Shown: positions 16,439-24,921, numbered from the stretch's first letter. The stretch: DNA of 32,576 bases from Methanomicrobiales archaeon (GCA_017883495.1 JADGNL010000165.1:1-32576), one strand, 5' to 3'. The notes: generated by a model from the sequence alone, not told the origin. Translations and numbers: made by a program.

Positions 16439-17274
16439 TGCTGGCGTCCGACGTGATGTCCGCGCCGGTGCACGTGGTCGGGCCGAACGACTCGGCCGCC
16501 CACGCCCGGAATCAGATGATCCGGTTCCGGTGCTCCCGCCTGCCGGTCGTGGACGGCGACAGCCTCGCCGGGATCATCACCAAGAAGGACCTCGGGTATC
16601 GGCTCCGCCAGGCAGAGCCGACCTGGCGGCGCCGGCCGATCGACCGGGTGCCGGCGAGCCTGCTCATGACCCCCGACCCGGTCAGCGTCGCGGCCCACGC
16701 CGCGATCCGGACCGTTGCCGCGGCCATGATCGAGTACGGGATCAGCGGGCTGCCCGTGGTCGAGGACTGCACCCTCGTCGGGATCGTGACCAAGACGGAT
16801 CTGCTCGGCTCGGTCTCGGCCGAGCGGCTCGCGGCGACGGTCGGCGATCTGATGGGTGACGCCGTGACCATCTCCCGCTACCACTCGCTCGACCACGTGA
16901 TCGATCTGGCGAGCGAGCGCGACGACAAGCTCGTGGTGGTCAACAACGATGGGACGCTCGCGGGTATCATCACCGAGTCGAACCTCGCCTTTTATGAGTA
17001 CGTCGGCCGCGTGCCCGGCGAACCCGACCGCGACGTGACCATGCTCCGGCGCGATGACGAGGGACAGAAGACGCTCCGGTATGTACGCGACGTCTCGGCC
17101 ATCGCAGAGGACCTGATGAGCCGGCCGGTCGAGACCACGCCGCCCGGCGCTCCGATCGCCGAGGCGGTCCGGAGAATGCGAGAGAAAGGGATCAACAGCC
17201 TCGTCGTCGTCGAGGACGGCGACATCAAAGGCATTATCACGCGGGATGATATAATTAAGGGGGTTGCCACATGA
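16438..17274 (+). CDS. four-CBS-domain protein (278 aa)
   Basis: The start overlaps the upstream stop (TGATG 16436-16440). Four CBS motifs, e.g. ASDVMSAPVHVVGPNDS...LPVVDGDSLAGIITKKDL and AEDLMSRPVETTPPGAPI...LVVVEDGDIKGIITRDDII. Confidence 0.88.
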   Translation: MLASDVMSAPVHVVGPNDSAAHARNQMIRFRCSRLPVVDGDSLAGIITKKDLGYRLRQAEPTWRRRPIDRVPASLLMTPDPVSVAAHAAIRTVAAAMIEYGISGLPVVEDCTLVGIVTKTDLLGSVSAERLAATVGDLMGDAVTISRYHSLDHVIDLASERDDKLVVVNNDGTLAGIITESNLAFYEYVGRVPGEPDRDVTMLRRDDEGQKTLRYVRDVSAIAEDLMSRPVETTPPGAPIAEAVRRMREKGINSLVVVEDGDIKGIITRDDIIKGVAT

Positions 17275-17282
17275 AACAGACC

Positions 17283-17294
17283 TTATTTATTAAA
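17283..17294 (+). promoter_or_regulatory. TATA-like box TTATTTATTAAA, with AGGAG (17347-17351), ahead of the fifth CBS gene
   Basis: It sits in an 85-nt spacer that is AT-rich within an otherwise GC-rich locus. AGGAG lies 8 nt before ATG 17360. Confidence 0.45.
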
Positions 17295-17359
17295 GTTTCC
17301 TGGTAATTCAGAACATTCACCGACAGTCAAGGTAGGATGAAATAAGAGGAGAAAGAGTC

Positions 17360-18139
17360 ATGGTTAACCAGACTGTTTTTATTAAGGACATCATGTCCAG
17401 GCCTGTAACGATCGCGAAATCGGCGGTGATCACCGAGGCGCTCGACCGGATGCTCGACCAGGAGATCGACCCCCTGGTCGTGACCAACAACGGCGCGGTG
17501 ATCGGGACGGTCTCGCGCCGGGCGATCGCGGAGGCGATCGGATCGAAGCGGAGTGCGAACGTCTCGCCGAACCAGATCCACGTCGCGAACGTGGTCGAGG
17601 AGGAGTTCACCTCGGCCTACGGGGACGAGAACCTCGACGTCGTGATCCCGCTGCTGCAGACGTACAAGCTCGTGGTCGTGCTCGACGGCGAGCACCGGCC
17701 GATCGGCCAGGTGACCCGGGGCGACCTGCTCAAGGTGATGCGGCCCACGGGATCGGTCGATCAGGTGATGGAGAAGGTCGCGGTCGTCTCGCCCGACGAG
17801 CGCGTGGTCCACCTCCGGCGGCGCATGCTCGACGACGGCGCGAACCGCTACGTGGTCGCAAACGGGGCCGAGCTGCTCGGCATGGTGACCGAGACCGACG
17901 TGGCGCGCTCGATGGCCGCGTTCCGCGAGGACGTGGCCGATCGGTTCCAGGACCACCGGATCCGCAACCTGATCGTCAGCGACATCATGTCCACGCCGCT
18001 GATCTCGGTTCCGCCCGAGACGCGGGCCGCCGACCTGATCGAGACCATGCTCCAGCGCAAGATCAGCGCCGTTCCGGTCGTGGACAACGGACACGTCCTC
18101 GGTGCGGTCTCGCGGCAGAGCCTGGTCCAGGCTCTCTGA
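17360..18139 (+). CDS. four-CBS-domain protein (259 aa)
   Basis: Four CBS motifs, e.g. IKDIMSRPVTIAKSAVI...PLVVTNNGAVIGTVSRRAI and VSDIMSTPLISVPPETRA...VPVVDNGHVLGAVSRQSLV. Confidence 0.88.
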   Translation: MVNQTVFIKDIMSRPVTIAKSAVITEALDRMLDQEIDPLVVTNNGAVIGTVSRRAIAEAIGSKRSANVSPNQIHVANVVEEEFTSAYGDENLDVVIPLLQTYKLVVVLDGEHRPIGQVTRGDLLKVMRPTGSVDQVMEKVAVVSPDERVVHLRRRMLDDGANRYVVANGAELLGMVTETDVARSMAAFREDVADRFQDHRIRNLIVSDIMSTPLISVPPETRAADLIETMLQRKISAVPVVDNGHVLGAVSRQSLVQAL

Positions 18140-18270
18140 CCTCTTTTCGGATCGCGCTCTGTTCGTGAGCCTGCGCGCTCTTCCGCCACCGTACGGAGAG
18201 CGCCGCCGCCCGTTATTGCGAGATCACCGGACCTCGATCCGGGGTCGCCATCCGGCATTCCTTTCGAGCA

Positions 18271-18341
18271 AGCCCGGGGTGAGAATCGAACTCACATACT
18301 CCAATCTGCAGTCGGACGCATCGCCACTCTGCCACCCGGGC
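18271..18341 (-). tRNA. tRNA-Cys: tRNA-Cys (anticodon GCA), CCA not encoded
   Basis: The minus strand reads GCCCGGGTGGCAGAGTGGCGATGCGTCCGACTGCAGATTGGAGTATGTGAGTTCGATTCTCACCCCGGGCT. It has a 7-bp acceptor stem GCCCGGG/CCCGGGC, a 5-bp anticodon stem with loop CT-GCA-GA (G37), a T arm GTGAG-TTCGATT-CTCAC and discriminator U73, as expected for Cys. Confidence 0.93.
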
Positions 18342-18486
18342 ACGGGTGTGTTCACGATCGTGAAACTCCACAACGATCTACACCCTGCCGACGAATAAAT
18401 AACGACATGCCGGTAATAATTGCCGCAATCGGGACCGAGACGCGGCAGGGGCGGCGCCAATGGGGCGCCGAGGATCCTTCTTCGCG

Positions 18487-19266
18487 CTAGGCGTCGGGGA
18501 ACGGCGGCGCGCCGGCCACGCGCTCGGGATGCGTGTAGATGTTCATCCGGCCGGCCCGGACGAACCCGACGATCGCCAGCCCTCCCTTCGCCGCGAGCTC
18601 GACCGCGAGCGAGGTCGTCGCCCCACGCGAGACGATCAGCGGGATCCGGGCGCGCAGGCATTTCCTGGCCATCTCCGACGAGATCCGGCCAGTGCAGACG
18701 ACGAAGCAGCCGTCGGTCGTGACCCCGTTCAGAGCCGCGAACCCGATCACGCGGTCGAGCGCGTTGTGCCGGCCGATGTCCTCGACGAAGGTGACCACAC
18801 CGCCGTCGGCGCGGACGAGGCCCACGCCGTGGACACCGCCCGTGAGCCGGTGCAGCGGAGAGTTCAGAAGGTCTTTGACCGACGCGACGATCGTCTCCGG
18901 CGCGACCGCGAGGTCCGACGAGATCTTCGGGAGGCGGCGGGTGTCGAGGAACGAGGTCGTCCCCCCGCAGCCCGAGAGGACGCTCTTCTTCGAGAAGAGG
19001 AGCTTCTGCGGATTCTTCGTGATCACCTCGACCGAACTCTCGCGCTCGGCGAGCGCCTCGATCTCGTCGAGCGACTTGATCAGTCCCTCGGTCAGGAGAA
19101 AGCCGACCGCGAGCTCTTTGAGCATGGTCGGGCTCGTCATCATCGTCGCGGCCGTGCGGCCGTTCACGATCACGGAGACCGGGACCTCGTCGACGACCGG
19201 GTGGAGCACGGGCGCGTAATTCCCGTCCTCATACTTGATGCAGGGCAGTTCGTGATACATGGTCAT
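18487..19266 (-). CDS. fdhD: formate dehydrogenase accessory sulfurtransferase FdhD
   Basis: Motifs LTEG, SGCGG, DIGRHNALDR and VSRGATTS. The start ATG 19266 overlaps the stop of the cysteine desulfurase gene (ATGA 19263-19266). The long track ORF to 20076 is an off-frame extension. Confidence 0.9.
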   Translation of the reverse strand: MTMYHELPCIKYEDGNYAPVLHPVVDEVPVSVIVNGRTAATMMTSPTMLKELAVGFLLTEGLIKSLDEIEALAERESSVEVITKNPQKLLFSKKSVLSGCGGTTSFLDTRRLPKISSDLAVAPETIVASVKDLLNSPLHRLTGGVHGVGLVRADGGVVTFVEDIGRHNALDRVIGFAALNGVTTDGCFVVCTGRISSEMARKCLRARIPLIVSRGATTSLAVELAAKGGLAIVGFVRAGRMNIYTHPERVAGAPPFPDA

Positions 19267-20444
19267 CCCTGGCGGACCAGCTCGCCGACCGTGGCCGTGA
19301 GCAGGTCCACCTCCTCCTCGGTGTTGTAGAGGTACAGGCTCGCCCGGACCGCCCCCTCGGGGCAGCCGCAGTGCTCCATCAGCGGCTGGCAGCAGTGGTG
19401 GCCGGATCGAACGAGGACCTGGACGGCCTCGTCCAGGACATGCGCCACGTCGTGCGGGTGGTAGCCGTCCACGTCGAATGAGACCACACCGATCCGGGGG
19501 GTTCCGCCGTCCGGCCCGAGCACCCGAACGCCGTCGCAGGCGGCAAGGCCGGCGAGGAGTCGAGCGGTCAGCCGCTCCTCGTGCGCCCGGATCGCGTCCA
19601 TGCCGACCGCCTCGAGGTACTCGACGGCCCGGGCGAGCCCGAGGAGGCCCGAGACGTTCGGGGTTCCGGCCTCGTACCGTCCGGCGCCGGGCGCCGCCCG
19701 CACCTCTTCGTCCGAGACCGCCTCGACCATCCCTCCGCCGAGGAGCAGGGGCTCGATCACGGGCTCCTTCATCCAGAGCATCCCGGTCGCCATCGGCCCA
19801 AGCATCTTGTGCCCGGCGAACGCGAGGAAGTCGCAGCCCAGATCCGCGGCGTCGACGGGTCGGTGCGGCACGGACTGGGCGCCGTCCACGAGAATCCGGG
19901 CGCCGTGGTCGTGGGCGAGCCGTCCGATCGCCTTCACGGGCGCGATCGAGCCGAGCACGTTCGAGGCGTGCGTGACCGCGACGAGCCGGGTGCGGTCGTC
20001 GACCGCCTCCTCGAACGCCTCGAGAGGTACGGTGCCGTCGGGGAGCGGATCGAGCAGGGTCACCTCCACGCCGCACGTGCGAAGCCGGAGCCAGGGGAGG
20101 AGGTTCGAGTGGTGCTCGGCCCGGGTGGTCACGACCCGATCGCCGCGCTCCCAGGGGAGGCCGGCGGCGACCATGTTGATCGCCTCGGTCGTATTCTTCG
20201 TCGCAACGAGCAGCCCGTCCTCGCCGTGGACGAATCGCGCCACCGTCCGGTGGGCCTCCTCGTATCGGAGGGTGGCCATGCGGGCGAGTCGGTGCACACC
20301 GCGCCCGACGTTCGCCCGGTACTGGAGGTCGAACTCGCGGACGAGATCGGCGACCTGGACCGGCGTCAGGCTGACCGAGGCGCTGTCCAGGTAATGGAGA
20401 TGAGAGAGAAGGGGAAAATCGCTCCGACAGCCATCAATCGCCAT
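19263..20444 (-). CDS. cysteine desulfurase (class V aminotransferase, SufS/Csd-like)
   Basis: PLP-lysine context AFAGHKMLGP. TTRAEHHSNLLPW. C-terminal active-site region RSGHHCCQP. Confidence 0.88.
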   Translation of the reverse strand: MAIDGCRSDFPLLSHLHYLDSASVSLTPVQVADLVREFDLQYRANVGRGVHRLARMATLRYEEAHRTVARFVHGEDGLLVATKNTTEAINMVAAGLPWERGDRVVTTRAEHHSNLLPWLRLRTCGVEVTLLDPLPDGTVPLEAFEEAVDDRTRLVAVTHASNVLGSIAPVKAIGRLAHDHGARILVDGAQSVPHRPVDAADLGCDFLAFAGHKMLGPMATGMLWMKEPVIEPLLLGGGMVEAVSDEEVRAAPGAGRYEAGTPNVSGLLGLARAVEYLEAVGMDAIRAHEERLTARLLAGLAACDGVRVLGPDGGTPRIGVVSFDVDGYHPHDVAHVLDEAVQVLVRSGHHCCQPLMEHCGCPEGAVRASLYLYNTEEEVDLLTATVGELVRQG

Positions 20445-20815
20445 AGAGATCTCCGTATGGTCGTCGGGAAGAGATTAAGGGTTGCGCATGTCGGGGCCCC
20501 GTGCGTGGCGTCCTGTCTCGCGCTTCCCGCAGCGATCCGTACCGAGTCGGACGCCGATCGTGCTCGGGCCGAAAGGGATGCGGTCGTCCCCCCGCACGCG
20601 GAGCCGTGCCGGAGGACATCCCTGCTGCGGATCGACGCAGACAAGGTCGCGCGCTCTGCGCATGCAGCCGCCACAAGCTGGAAAAGCTCCGCGGAGGTGC
20701 CAAAGGGACCCGTCCGGCCGCGAACAATTCCATAATCCTAAATACTTATTCGATCAAGATTTAATCGAAACGGTGGGAAGGGACCGGGACCGGCGGCACG
20801 AGTCGCACGCATGGT

Positions 20816-21184
20816 ATGGTGGATCTGCCAGCGTCCCGGTACGCACCGGTGAATTCGATGAAGGAACGTGATCAGGGAATGGACCGGCGGGTCAGGGAGT
20901 TCGTCTCGCTCTCGCCGGACGGACGGATCTGGGGAGAGATCATCACCGAGCCGCTGCTGACGGTCGCACAGGTCGCAGCGACCCTGCAGATCAGGGAGAA
21001 ACTCGTCCGGAACCACATCAAGGAGAAGCGCCTGAAGGCCGTCAAGATCGGCAAGTACTGGCGGATCAAGCCCGAGGACCTGCACGGCTTCATCGAGGGG
21101 AACTCCTCGATCCGGACCGAGGCCCACCCGCACCTCTCCGAGCGGAGCGGGGTTGAGGACGGACTGATCAACACCGGCGCCTGA
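20816..21184 (+). CDS. helix-turn-helix DNA-binding protein (excisionase/MerR-type HTH_17)
   Basis: LLTVAQVAATLQIREKLVRNHIKEKRLKAVKIGKYWRIKPEDLHGFI is a typical HTH_17 segment. The start is uncertain (in-frame ATGs at 20816, 20858 and 20879). Confidence 0.7.
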   Translation: MVDLPASRYAPVNSMKERDQGMDRRVREFVSLSPDGRIWGEIITEPLLTVAQVAATLQIREKLVRNHIKEKRLKAVKIGKYWRIKPEDLHGFIEGNSSIRTEAHPHLSERSGVEDGLINTGA

Positions 21185-21194
21185 CGCGTCGGCC

Positions 21195-21202
21195 TTTTTT
21201 TT
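21195..21202 (+). terminator. oligo-T terminator (T8) after the HTH gene
   Basis: GGCC followed by TTTTTTTT, 11 nt after the stop codon. This is a typical archaeal intrinsic termination signal. Confidence 0.55.
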
Positions 21203-21261
21203 AGAAAAGTATCCGGGCCGGAGGCCCGCGGAACCGTGAAGGGGGAGGCGATGCCCCCCGG

Positions 21262-21669
21262 TTATTCCGCGTAGGGGACGTCCGGCACGAACTTCGTGCC
21301 GTAGTGGATCACGCCCGACTCCCCCTCGGTCCCGATCCGGCGGAAGACGGAGCGGACGCGCATCCCGATCCGCGCCTCGCTCACGTCCTCGACCACGACC
21401 TGCACGGTGACGCGCGGTCCCTCGTCGAGCCGGATGATCGCGAGCACGAACGGGGTCTGCTGCTCGAACGCGTCCGACGCCGACCGGATCACGGTGAAGG
21501 TCACCACCTCGCCCTTCCCCTGGAACCGGTACGGCTCGATCACGCCGGAGCGTCGACAGTCCGGGCAGAACGAACGCGGCGGGTAGAACCTGCGCTCGCA
21601 CGAGGTGCACTGCGTACCGATGAGGTTGTAGCGCTGCGGGATCTTGCGCCAGAAGCGCGGGACCGACAT
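21262..21669 (-). CDS. DUF35 OB-fold/zinc-ribbon protein (scaffold of the thiolase/HMG-CoA synthase complex)
   Basis: Rubredoxin-like CTSCERRFYPPRSFCPDC followed by an OB-fold region. The start lies 1 nt after the thiolase stop. Confidence 0.88.
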   Translation of the reverse strand: MSVPRFWRKIPQRYNLIGTQCTSCERRFYPPRSFCPDCRRSGVIEPYRFQGKGEVVTFTVIRSASDAFEQQTPFVLAIIRLDEGPRVTVQVVVEDVSEARIGMRVRSVFRRIGTEGESGVIHYGTKFVPDVPYAE

Positions 21670-21670
21670 C

Positions 21671-22837
21671 TCAGGCCCTCCCGAAGATATGGACCGCGAC
21701 CGAAGCCCCGGTGCCGCCGACGTTCTGGGTCATTCCGATCTCGGCGCCGTCGACCTGCCGCCGCCCCGCGTCGCCGCGGAGCTGCTGGACGATCTCGGCC
21801 ACCTGCTTGATCCCGGTCGCGCCGACAGGGTGGCCGCAGGCCTTGAGCCCGCCCGAGGTGTTGACCGGGATCCGGCCGTTGAGGGCGGTCTCGCCCTCCT
21901 CGGTCAGCCGTCCGGCCTCGCCCTTGGCGCAGAACCCGAGGTCCTCGATCGCGCAGATCTCGGCGATCGTGAAGCAGTCGTGCACCTCGACCAGGTCGAT
22001 CGCGGCGGGCGTGAGCCCGGCCATCTCGTACGCACGGCGCGCGGCCACGACCGTCGCATCGAGGGTCGAGATGTCCCGCCGGTCGTGGAGCGCGATCGTG
22101 TCCGAGGCCTGCGCCGTCGCGAGGACCTTGATCGGCGCGTCCGTGAACTCCCGCGCGCGCTCGAGCGGCGCGAGGATCACGGCCGCCGCCCCGTCCGTGA
22201 TAGGCGAGCAGTCGAAGAGCCGGAGCGGGTCCGCGACGAGCGGGGACCGGAGCACCGTATCGACCGTGATCTCGCTGTGGAACTGCGCGATCGGGTTGCG
22301 CGCTCCGTTGTAATGGTTCTTGACCGCGACCATGGCCAGCTGCTCCCTCGTCAGGGGGTAGCGGTGCATATAGTCGGTCGCGATCATCGCGTAGAGCCCG
22401 GGAAAGGTCGCGCCCACGAACCCCTCCCACTCGCGGTCCGCGGCGGCAGCGAGCGCGTCGACCGAGATCGAGGTCTCGACGTCGGTCATCTTCTCGACCC
22501 CGGCCGCCACCACGATCTCCTCGAGCCCCGAGGCGACCGCGATCACGGCCTGGCGGAAGGCGAGCGAGCCCGAGCAGCAGGCCGACTCGACCCGTGTCGA
22601 GGGAATGTGGCGCGAGGCCATGCCCGCGTAGTCGGCGATCAGGGCACCGACGTGCTCCTGCTCGACAAAGCGCCCGGCCGACATGTTGCCGACGTAGAGC
22701 GCATCGATCCGTTCGCCCGAGAGCTGTGCGTCCTCGAGCGCCAGGGCGCCCGCCTCGAGGAAGAGGTCGCGGAAGGAGGTCTCCCACTTCTCCCCGAAAG
22801 TCGTGCATCCGATTCCGATTACGGCGACGTCTCTCAT
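21671..22837 (-). CDS. acetyl-CoA C-acetyltransferase (archaeal thiolase)
   Basis: [16 protein letters not shown], nucleophile region [12 protein letters not shown]-terminal [14 protein letters not shown] and NVGGTGAS. The start ATG 22837 overlaps the HMGCS stop (ATGA). The 811-aa track ORF is an off-frame upstream extension. Confidence 0.92.
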   Translation of the reverse strand: MRDVAVIGIGCTTFGEKWETSFRDLFLEAGALALEDAQLSGERIDALYVGNMSAGRFVEQEHVGALIADYAGMASRHIPSTRVESACCSGSLAFRQAVIAVASGLEEIVVAAGVEKMTDVETSISVDALAAAADREWEGFVGATFPGLYAMIATDYMHRYPLTREQLAMVAVKNHYNGARNPIAQFHSEITVDTVLRSPLVADPLRLFDCSPITDGAAAVILAPLERAREFTDAPIKVLATAQASDTIALHDRRDISTLDATVVAARRAYEMAGLTPAAIDLVEVHDCFTIAEICAIEDLGFCAKGEAGRLTEEGETALNGRIPVNTSGGLKACGHPVGATGIKQVAEIVQQLRGDAGRRQVDGAEIGMTQNVGGTGASVAVHIFGRA

Positions 22838-23886
22838 CACTGCATCACGATCTTTCCCTTGTGTCTGGCATAGCGTGCGTAGTCGACATAGATCGGGTTC
22901 GACAGCAGCTGGCGAACCGTCGGAGCCCCGCCCCGCCGGAACGTCTCCGCCTCGATCGCGTCGGTCACCTCGATATCGAACGAGTCCGCGCCGGCCCCCG
23001 AGCCGAAGGAGGTGACGAAGATCCGGTCGCCCGGCTTCGCCATGTCGAGGGTCGCGGCCAGGCCGATCATCGTCGCCCCCGAATAGGTGTTGCCGAGGGT
23101 CGGCACCACGAGCCCGGGCTCGATCTGCTCGGGCGTAAACCCGAGCAGATGCGCGACCCGGCGCGGGAACTTCGCGTTCGGCTGGTGGAAGACGGCGTAG
23201 TCGTAGTCCGTCGCGCTCTTGCCGGTCTGCTCGAACATCAGCCGGGCCGCGCCCTGGACGTGCTTGAAGTACCCGGGGTCGCCCGTGAACCGGCCGCCGT
23301 GGCTCGGGTAGGTCTGACCCTCGCGCCGCCAGAAGTCGGGCGTGTCCGTCGTGAACGAGACCGTCCGGTGGATCTCGGCGATGGGGTCGCGGTTCCCGAT
23401 AAGGAACGCTGCGCCCCCGGCGGCCGCCGTGTACTCGAGCGCGTCCGAGGGCGCGCCCTGCGCGACGTCCGAGCCGATCGCGAGGCCGTACGTGACCATG
23501 CCCGCGCCGACGAGGCCCATGCAGGCCTGGATGCCGGCCGTGCCGGCCTTGCAGGCGAACTCGTAGTCGGCCGCGGTCATGTTCGGGGTCGCCCCGATCG
23601 CCTCGCCGACCGTGCACGCGGTCGGCTTGACCGCGTACGGGTGCGACTCGGACCCGACGTAGACCGCCCCGATCTCGGCGGGGTCGATCTCCCGCCGTGC
23701 GAGCGCGCCGCGGGCGGCCTCGACCGCTATCGTCGCGGTGTCCTCGTCGACATCGGGCAGCGACTTCTCGCGAACGCCGAGCCCTCCGATGATGTCCTGT
23801 GCATTGTCGCCCCAGACCCGGGCGATCTCCTCGAGTCGGATCCGGTACCGGGGGATGTATGCCCCGTAGGTGATGATGCCTGTCAT
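22837..23886 (-). CDS. hydroxymethylglutaryl-CoA synthase (archaeal)
   Basis: [27 protein letters not shown], catalytic Cys context EFACKAGT, and SFGSGAGA. Confidence 0.92.
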   Translation of the reverse strand: MTGIITYGAYIPRYRIRLEEIARVWGDNAQDIIGGLGVREKSLPDVDEDTATIAVEAARGALARREIDPAEIGAVYVGSESHPYAVKPTACTVGEAIGATPNMTAADYEFACKAGTAGIQACMGLVGAGMVTYGLAIGSDVAQGAPSDALEYTAAAGGAAFLIGNRDPIAEIHRTVSFTTDTPDFWRREGQTYPSHGGRFTGDPGYFKHVQGAARLMFEQTGKSATDYDYAVFHQPNAKFPRRVAHLLGFTPEQIEPGLVVPTLGNTYSGATMIGLAATLDMAKPGDRIFVTSFGSGAGADSFDIEVTDAIEAETFRRGGAPTVRQLLSNPIYVDYARYARHKGKIVMQ

Positions 23887-23964
23887 GCAGTCCCCTGTCT
23901 TCCGGCGGAGCCGGTGCCTGGTGTGTCTGAAATGGTAACTCCTGAAGTCGGTTTCGCCCGGCGC

Positions 23965-24675
23965 TTACCACTCGGTCGAACGCAGGGTCGCGATCAGCGA
24001 GTCGATCGGCGTCTGCGTGGTCAGCAACGTGATCCGATCGCGTTCGGCGAGCCTGGGCACGATTGGGTGGACCTCCTCGGGCGCGATCCCCTGCAGGACC
24101 ACGCACCGCGGTTTGAACGGTGTCACCCGGATCGCGACCATGGGCGATTTCCCGGTCGAGACCCCCGCGAAGATCAGCGCGCGCTCGGTCGACCAGCCGT
24201 AGATCCGGCTGAACTCATCGGACGAGAGCTGCAGGATCGCGTTCAGGCTGTTCACGACCGTGTACCCGAAAAGGGTCTGGTCGAGCGAGCCCGTGATCGG
24301 CTCGGCCTCGACGAGGTCGGCGAACCGACGGAGCGGCACGGGAGCCGCGAACTCGTGGATGTCGTGGATCACCTCGTCGTCGAGCTCGGCAAAGAGCATC
24401 CTGCCGAACCGCTCGATGTGCCGCCCGCCCCGGTCCTCGTCCATGGAGAGGATCGCGTCCACGATCTTCCCGACGACGGCCGTACCGGGGCTCTTGCGCC
24501 GGCCGCTCTCGTAGTCCGAGATGACCGAGGGCGAGACCTCGAGTCGGATGGCAAGGTCGGTCTGCGGAATCTCGAAGCTGAGCCTCCATTTCTTGAGGGC
24601 CCGGCCGGGTGAGTCCGAGAGCGTGATCTCTCCGGCCATCTTCTCGGCCAGTCGGTGCCGCAGCCCGGACTTCAT
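23965..24675 (-). CDS. XRE-family HTH transcriptional regulator with C-terminal uncharacterised domain (COG1709-like)
   Basis: HTH_3 segment [37 protein letters not shown] followed by a ~160-aa domain. Confidence 0.75.
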   Translation of the reverse strand: MKSGLRHRLAEKMAGEITLSDSPGRALKKWRLSFEIPQTDLAIRLEVSPSVISDYESGRRKSPGTAVVGKIVDAILSMDEDRGGRHIERFGRMLFAELDDEVIHDIHEFAAPVPLRRFADLVEAEPITGSLDQTLFGYTVVNSLNAILQLSSDEFSRIYGWSTERALIFAGVSTGKSPMVAIRVTPFKPRCVVLQGIAPEEVHPIVPRLAERDRITLLTTQTPIDSLIATLRSTEW

Positions 24676-24697
24676 GCGGATCAGGTCTGCACCGGGG

Positions 24698-24710
24698 ATT
24701 AAATAATTAA
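24698..24710 (-). promoter_or_regulatory. A/T box (minus strand TTAATTATTTAAT) upstream of the XRE regulator gene
   Basis: It lies 23-35 nt upstream of ATG 24675 and is the only A/T-rich stretch nearby. Confidence 0.4.
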
Positions 24711-24902
24711 CGAATCGAGCTTCGACAGATCCCGTAGCTGCGGTCTTCCCGATGGAATATGAATGGCCCGGAGGCGCCGTATGCCACCGCCAGTGGCCCC
24801 GACCCTCTTCGACTTCGCCGACGCCGTCGCCCCATCAACCAGGTTTGATTCCCTCTTTCGCGCACCTGCCGTGTCTCAGGCCGATTCGTGCACGTGCTCC
24901 CT

Positions 24903-24921
24903 GTCGATACGTCGATATCGA
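24903..24921. promoter_or_regulatory. tandem GTCGATA repeat ending in palindrome TCGATATCGA (candidate operator)
   Basis: GTCGATAC-GTCGATAT-CGA. The 10-bp perfect palindrome is at 24912-24921, ~85 nt upstream of the rbkR-like gene. Confidence 0.3.

Noticed and set aside
18175-18203. Hairpin GCGCTCTTCCG-CCACCGTA-CGGAGAGCGC between the last CBS gene and the 3' end of tRNA-Cys.
   Set aside because: A ~10-bp stem with one bulge in GC-rich intergenic DNA is not remarkable. It has no flanking T-run on either strand. It is possibly a transcript-end structure but unsupported.
20445-20815. Tested by eye whether the GC-rich spacer is SRP (7S) RNA or RNase P RNA.
   Set aside because: No GGAAAGUCC / ACAGAA(C/A)CCGGCUUA RNase P core elements are present. 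No SRP helix-8 GGAA-GG(G/A)AGCA motif or Alu-domain UGUAAC element is present on either strand. The GAAA-capped stem reads GGGAUGC rather than GGGAGCA. It is left as an unclassified candidate (see findings).
21671-24106. 811-aa minus-strand ORF suggesting a giant thiolase fusion.
   Set aside because: Only the last 388 aa (from ATG 22837, [11 protein letters not shown]…) are thiolase. The upstream 420 aa are an out-of-frame read across the HMGCS gene and are Arg/Gly/Pro junk. HMGCS is read in its own frame (22837-23886) with an ATGA junction.
22594-24612. 672-aa plus-strand ORF across the HMGCS and regulator genes, and similar long ORFs (10921-12456 minus, 14684-16102 minus, 4695-6290 minus, 7372-8931 plus, 8904-10199 plus, 21540-22808 minus, 21644-22873 plus).
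   Set aside because: All are Arg/Pro/Gly/Asp-rich, have no recognisable domains, and overlap genes with strong family motifs in another frame or strand. They are treated as GC-driven spurious ORFs.
24842-24852. T-arm-like GGTTTGATTCC suggesting a tRNA or tRNA fragment in the rbkR upstream region.
   Set aside because: The flanking bases (CCAGG…CCCTC) are not complementary. No acceptor or anticodon stems can be drawn.
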